A stretch of 62,817 nucleotides of DNA, filler included, from a candidate division TA06 bacterium SM23_40 (lineage in GTDB: Bacteria > LJUI01 > SM1-40): assembly GCA_001303705.1 (NCBI GenBank). It is 6 parts of 6 records of this genome, joined end to end, with 100 filler letters (N's around TTAATTAATTAA, not from the genome) between each part and the next. Parts side by side here need not be neighbours in the genome. Positions count along the whole stretch, not along the records: positions 53,921 to 62,817 come from LJUI01000107.1; 5 more parts are not named here. One strand, given 5' to 3'. Every line of letters starts with the position of its first letter. Within the stretch, counting starts at the first letter, position 1. Of this stretch, positions 58,816-62,817 are shown piece after piece. The position numbers were made by a program, and so were the translations under genes. The notes under the pieces are model-generated. The model was not told where the DNA came from, did no database searches, and saw only the letters and a list, made by a program, of their open reading frames with translations.

Positions 58816-60459
58816 CTACGGCTCCACCACCTCGAAGAAGAGCGTGTCCGCCGCCAGGATCGGAAGCGGGTAGGAGCTCGAGACGAACCCCATGTAGGTG
58901 TACTCGCCCAGAGGCGCTGCTAATGGAATCCGATGAGACGGGTGAGCGATCAGCGTATCGTTCGGAGCTAGCGTCACGCGGATTGGTCCGAGCACGGGGT
59001 TTCTCGCGAAAGGCACGCCGCCCGGCAGGAGCACCTCAGTCCAGACATCGACCGTCTCGGGCGTCGCCTCGAGATTGACGAGCATGCCGTCGTAGCAGAG
59101 TGTTCCGCCCTGGGGGATGACCGTTCCGTTGGTAGCGATATCGAGCTCGAAGTAGCCGTAGGCTCGGCGGTCCTCCAGAATGAGGCTCAATGACCAATTC
59201 CCCAGCCCAGCCCAGACTATTTCGTCGTAGCCGTTGCGATTCAGGTCGTGAGCGTGAAGGCTGGCCACTAAAGTGTCAGGTGGTTGCGGGTAGTAGGCTA
59301 TTGGCACATATGTTCCCACATCGACTGCTTCGTATACCCGGAGTTCCCCGTAATTGGAACCCACGAACTCCCCGATACCGTCACTATCAACATCTCCCAC
59401 GGCGCAATAGGCGCTGCCATGCCAGCCATTGATGATCTTGATGCTGTCGACGACCGCATAGGTGTTGTCGCCAACTGCCTCAAAGATCGTATACTTGTTC
59501 CCCAGCCATGAGGCGTTGATGTCTCCTCCCACGACGAACTCCCACCGACCGTTGCTGTCCATGTCGTGGGCCTCGACGGCGTAATAGCTGTTCCAGACGC
59601 CGGTGTAGAGCGTCGCAACCTTATGGTAGCTGTCGTCCCCCCTGCACTCATACACGAACACCCGCCCATGGGTATCCCCCACCGCAAACTCCATCCATCC
59701 ATCCTGGTCGAAGTCCCCCACGGCAAACGACCCCAGGTTCTGGCCGCTCGTGTGCGAGCCATACACATACTCGAAGCTGTTATCCCCCCTGCACTCAAAG
59801 ACCACGACATCGCCGTCTCCACCCAACCCGTCCCGATTGAGCAGGATCTCATTCTTCCCATCCTGGTCAAGATCGACGATCCGCTGCTGTTGGTGGACAT
59901 TGCTGATATGGGGTGACTGCCAGACCAGCTGGGACGGGTGACTGTTGGGTGTCGGGCTCTCCCACAACTGTGCGTAATAGGAGTTGCCCTGGGCAGCGAT
60001 GTCGGGCAGCCCGTCTCCGTCTGCGTCGCCGCTGTCCCAGGGAATGATGTTCGGCTGGATCATGAAGGTGTGCTGGAGAGTGTAGATGTCATACCCATCG
60101 TTCTCGAAGATACGGGTGTAGCCGTATGACAGAGGCACCAACAACTCCCACAGACTGTCCTGATCGGTGTCGCCGATGGTGAGCAGTCCACCACCGTCAC
60201 CAGGCGCCCAGGCGATGCGGATGAGCTCAAGAGTGTCGAGGGGCAGACACGGCTCGGAGGATGTCGGCAAGACAGGCTCAGACCGGGCCGAAGTGTATTC
60301 CGACCGAGTATCCCACAGACCTTCCCGGCCGAGGTGGAGCTCCGGCACGATTTCGGTGGCGCCGGACACGAGCGGAGCGCAGAGCAGGGCTGTCGGGACC
60401 AGTAGCAATAGACATCCCCACCCACTCCTCAAACGCGACAGAGAATTGTGAATTATCAT
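58816..60459 (-). CDS. secreted FG-GAP/VCBS repeat beta-propeller protein with shared C-terminal domain
   Basis: Seven DxDxDG-type repeats (GDTDQDS, GDADGDG, DLDQDG, GDFDQDG, DMDSNG, GDVDSDG, DLNRNG); C-terminal HRIPLAAPLGEY...DTLFFEV. Confidence 0.85.
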   Translation of the reverse strand: MIIHNSLSRLRSGWGCLLLLVPTALLCAPLVSGATEIVPELHLGREGLWDTRSEYTSARSEPVLPTSSEPCLPLDTLELIRIAWAPGDGGGLLTIGDTDQDSLWELLVPLSYGYTRIFENDGYDIYTLQHTFMIQPNIIPWDSGDADGDGLPDIAAQGNSYYAQLWESPTPNSHPSQLVWQSPHISNVHQQQRIVDLDQDGKNEILLNRDGLGGDGDVVVFECRGDNSFEYVYGSHTSGQNLGSFAVGDFDQDGWMEFAVGDTHGRVFVYECRGDDSYHKVATLYTGVWNSYYAVEAHDMDSNGRWEFVVGGDINASWLGNKYTIFEAVGDNTYAVVDSIKIINGWHGSAYCAVGDVDSDGIGEFVGSNYGELRVYEAVDVGTYVPIAYYPQPPDTLVASLHAHDLNRNGYDEIVWAGLGNWSLSLILEDRRAYGYFELDIATNGTVIPQGGTLCYDGMLVNLEATPETVDVWTEVLLPGGVPFARNPVLGPIRVTLAPNDTLIAHPSHRIPLAAPLGEYTYMGFVSSSYPLPILAADTLFFEVVEP

Positions 60460-60526
60460 AGGTCTGTCCTTCACTTCGGCGCAGAGGGGAGGAAGCAAGC
60501 CTCCTCCCCTCCACTTGTTCTGACCG

Positions 60527-62710
60527 TTACGGCGAATCGAAGTAGATCTCCCAGGTGCCGTGGCGGTAGTCCTCCCACACCACCCCCTTGTGCTTGCAGG
60601 CGTGGGGGCGGAGCGAATAGCTCTGCCCGTCCGAGAGCCTGTATTGGTTGGAGCTCCAATGCTCTCCCCCGTCTGTGCTATAGCGATAGACGATATGGGC
60701 ATCCACAGGGGTACCGGACCTATCGTACTCGGCCCAGAAATCGTAGAAGTTATTGTCACTGGCAAAGATTAACTCTGGGTCGATTGCCGTGCTATCACTG
60801 GATAGCACGGCCTCGTCCTCCCAGTGGTCACCAACGTCCTCGCTCCGGCCGCAGTAGGTCTGCCACTTCGCGTTGTCGCCGTCCCACAGCGCCCAGGAGA
60901 CCACCACATAGGGAAGATCGGTCGCAACGGTGGGATCCGCAACATAGGTCGAGTCCTTGTGGAGATCTCTCAGATCAAACCAGTAAGCTCCTCCATTGCT
61001 GCTCCGGTTGAACTTGATGTACCACGCGTACCCCTTAAGACCGGTGGCCAGCGTATCGAGATCACACCAGGCGGCAAATCCCCAATCGTCGTTCTGATAC
61101 GACTCGGAGGCCAGATCGAGATGCTGGGGAACCCACGCAAGAGTATCGACCCAGCTCGTGTCCCAATGCGCACCACCGTTGGTGCTGTAGAAGGAGACGA
61201 TCCGGTTCTTGTTCCGTTCGATCCCGTATAGAGCGGCGGCACACATCTTGTTCCCACCATCGTAGTTGATCGATGGATCCCAGATCGTCCAGGAGGGCTT
61301 CTCTCTGACAGGAACCCTCTCGTACTTGCTGGATGCAACCGGGATTACATTACTCCAGTGTCCCCCGCAATCGGTCGTCCTGCTGTGGCATAGGTACCAT
61401 CGAGGCACCGAATCGGCCTGCCCATCTTTATGGAGCCGGCTCTCCATCCAGACGGTGTGTACGTCCTGGCCAATCATGCAGATTGAAGGCACCTGGGCAT
61501 CGATCGCGGTATCGGTGCTGATCTGAGCGGGCGAGCTCCAGTCGCTGCCCGAATTGGTGCTGTACGCATACATGATCTCGAACTCGCCATCCGACTTGTC
61601 CGCGTAGACGACGTGCAGGGTATCCCCGGTTGCGGAGCTGGCGATCTTCGGACTGACCGAGATCGAATCCGTGGAAGTGATGCGCACATCGTCCTGCCCG
61701 GCGCCGTAGTTGGTGCCCGTCTGATGGCTGGGCTCGAACTCGAGCATCTCGCTCAACGCACTCCCCCGAGCATGCGGGTAGTAGAACCCGAGAAGCTCCC
61801 CCACCGTCGGGCAGATGTCGATCTGATAGGCGTAGCGCGTAACCACGGTTTCCTCGGGTGTATCCGGCCCGACCGCGATCAGGAACAGGTGTCGACAGCC
61901 GTGGCAGATGCCGCCGTGGTGATAGAAGCCACCATGATCGTCATCGTGGCGCCCGTGGTCGGTGGTCACGATGAGCGTCGTCTTGCCCTTGTAGAAGGTA
62001 TTCCATTCGGCATCTAGCCACTTCCACAGGTTCCACACAAGACTATCCGCTACCACAATCGCCCGATAGTAGTCGCTCGGCTCACCTCTTTCGTCATCTG
62101 GGTCAGCCCAATGCCCGTAGCGATCCACATCCTTGAAGTTGACCAGGACAAGGTGCGGGTGATACGTGCTGAGCGTGTTGATCAGCACCCTGTACGTCGC
62201 TGTATCAGCTGGCGCCGTCTCGTCTTGGGGATAGATCACCACTCTACCACCGACACTTCTGCCGAACTCCGGATCCACGCTACAGGCGATCGTGTCTCTC
62301 CAGGTCTTGCCCCCCACATAGAACGTCTTGTTGCTGTCGGGGTGGTAGCTGTTCGCCTTGTTGTAGTACTCGAAGAACGTCGGCTTATCGGGCTCGGTGC
62401 TGATGTTGTCTTCTGTATCATCCCCTTCGCAGATACCGAAGGAGGTGGTACTGTTGGGCAGCAGCTGCCAGATCCCCGTCCCGATGGTGAGGTGACCGCC
62501 GTGGGTCTGCGTGACGCCGTTGTTCCAGAAGTTCTGATACCGTGTGCCCAACGGGGCCAAGCTGTCCCGCATGCACTCCACGTAGTCCGAAGCGATGACG
62601 TAGTCGGTGGTCGGGTCCGCGCTGACATCCCGCACCCAGATTCCGAACATTAGCGCAGCAGCCATCACGGCCACCGCACAGACGGTACCTCCTCTGCTGA
62701 GCCTTTCCAT
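60527..62710 (-). CDS. secreted AlkP-superfamily domain fused to BNR/Asp-box repeats
   Basis: GGAGG RBS, signal peptide; DVDRYGH, TTDHGRH, QIDICPTV; Asp-boxes STNSGSDW, TTDCGGHW, STNGGAHW, SSNGGAYW, SEDVGDHW, STDGGEHW. Confidence 0.8.
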   Translation of the reverse strand: MERLSRGGTVCAVAVMAAALMFGIWVRDVSADPTTDYVIASDYVECMRDSLAPLGTRYQNFWNNGVTQTHGGHLTIGTGIWQLLPNSTTSFGICEGDDTEDNISTEPDKPTFFEYYNKANSYHPDSNKTFYVGGKTWRDTIACSVDPEFGRSVGGRVVIYPQDETAPADTATYRVLINTLSTYHPHLVLVNFKDVDRYGHWADPDDERGEPSDYYRAIVVADSLVWNLWKWLDAEWNTFYKGKTTLIVTTDHGRHDDDHGGFYHHGGICHGCRHLFLIAVGPDTPEETVVTRYAYQIDICPTVGELLGFYYPHARGSALSEMLEFEPSHQTGTNYGAGQDDVRITSTDSISVSPKIASSATGDTLHVVYADKSDGEFEIMYAYSTNSGSDWSSPAQISTDTAIDAQVPSICMIGQDVHTVWMESRLHKDGQADSVPRWYLCHSRTTDCGGHWSNVIPVASSKYERVPVREKPSWTIWDPSINYDGGNKMCAAALYGIERNKNRIVSFYSTNGGAHWDTSWVDTLAWVPQHLDLASESYQNDDWGFAAWCDLDTLATGLKGYAWYIKFNRSSNGGAYWFDLRDLHKDSTYVADPTVATDLPYVVVSWALWDGDNAKWQTYCGRSEDVGDHWEDEAVLSSDSTAIDPELIFASDNNFYDFWAEYDRSGTPVDAHIVYRYSTDGGEHWSSNQYRLSDGQSYSLRPHACKHKGVVWEDYRHGTWEIYFDSP

Positions 62711-62817
62711 CGTTGTGACCTCCTCCTGGATAACACAGTGGATGGTTGCTCAACATCCCGTTGTGCCTCGCGCTACCGCGCAGATTCGTCTCGGCCGTTC
62801 TTGATCTCACCTTCTCT

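Noticed and set aside
1-62817. Alternative genetic code (UGA = Trp/Gly)
   Set aside because: Conserved genes such as rbr, dfx, ino1 and panB end at TGA at their expected C-termini
1-62817. Mobile elements, rRNA, tRNA
   Set aside because: No transposase/integrase motifs, terminal repeats or RNA gene signatures were seen

Overview
The window is six contig fragments joined by 100-nt spacers (N-run/TTAATTAATTAA/N-run) at 11597, 25302, 34168, 42987 and 53821. Gene neighbourhood across spacers is therefore meaningless, and the pieces may not come from one organism. The content looks like GC-rich, anaerobic, diderm bacteria; FlgD/T9SS-type C-terminal domains suggest FCB-related candidate phyla (inference). 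(1) A rearranged type IV pilus/T2SS-like locus: PilO, PilP-like, PilX-like, two prepilins, CsgG-like lipoprotein, secretin and a frameshifted PilM-PilN fusion. (2) A ~2450-aa modular S8 protease and a PerR-type oxidative-stress cluster. (3) Housekeeping genes rsmI, PI-phosphate synthase, ino1, tmk, ctpA and panB, plus a candidate structured RNA. (4) A glycan locus with two GT2s and three tandem AlkP-superfamily enzymes. (5) Secreted proteins, Na/Pi transport and an ECF sigma/anti-sigma/two Spy-CpxP module. (6) Metabolic genes and two secreted repeat proteins. Two signals stand out. A secreted beta-helix gene has an in-frame UGA in a U-x-x-C loop followed by a SECIS-like hairpin (candidate new selenoprotein). 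A ~110-aa C-terminal domain is shared by three otherwise unrelated secreted proteins (candidate sorting/anchoring tag). All calls are by eye from motifs; no searches were run.
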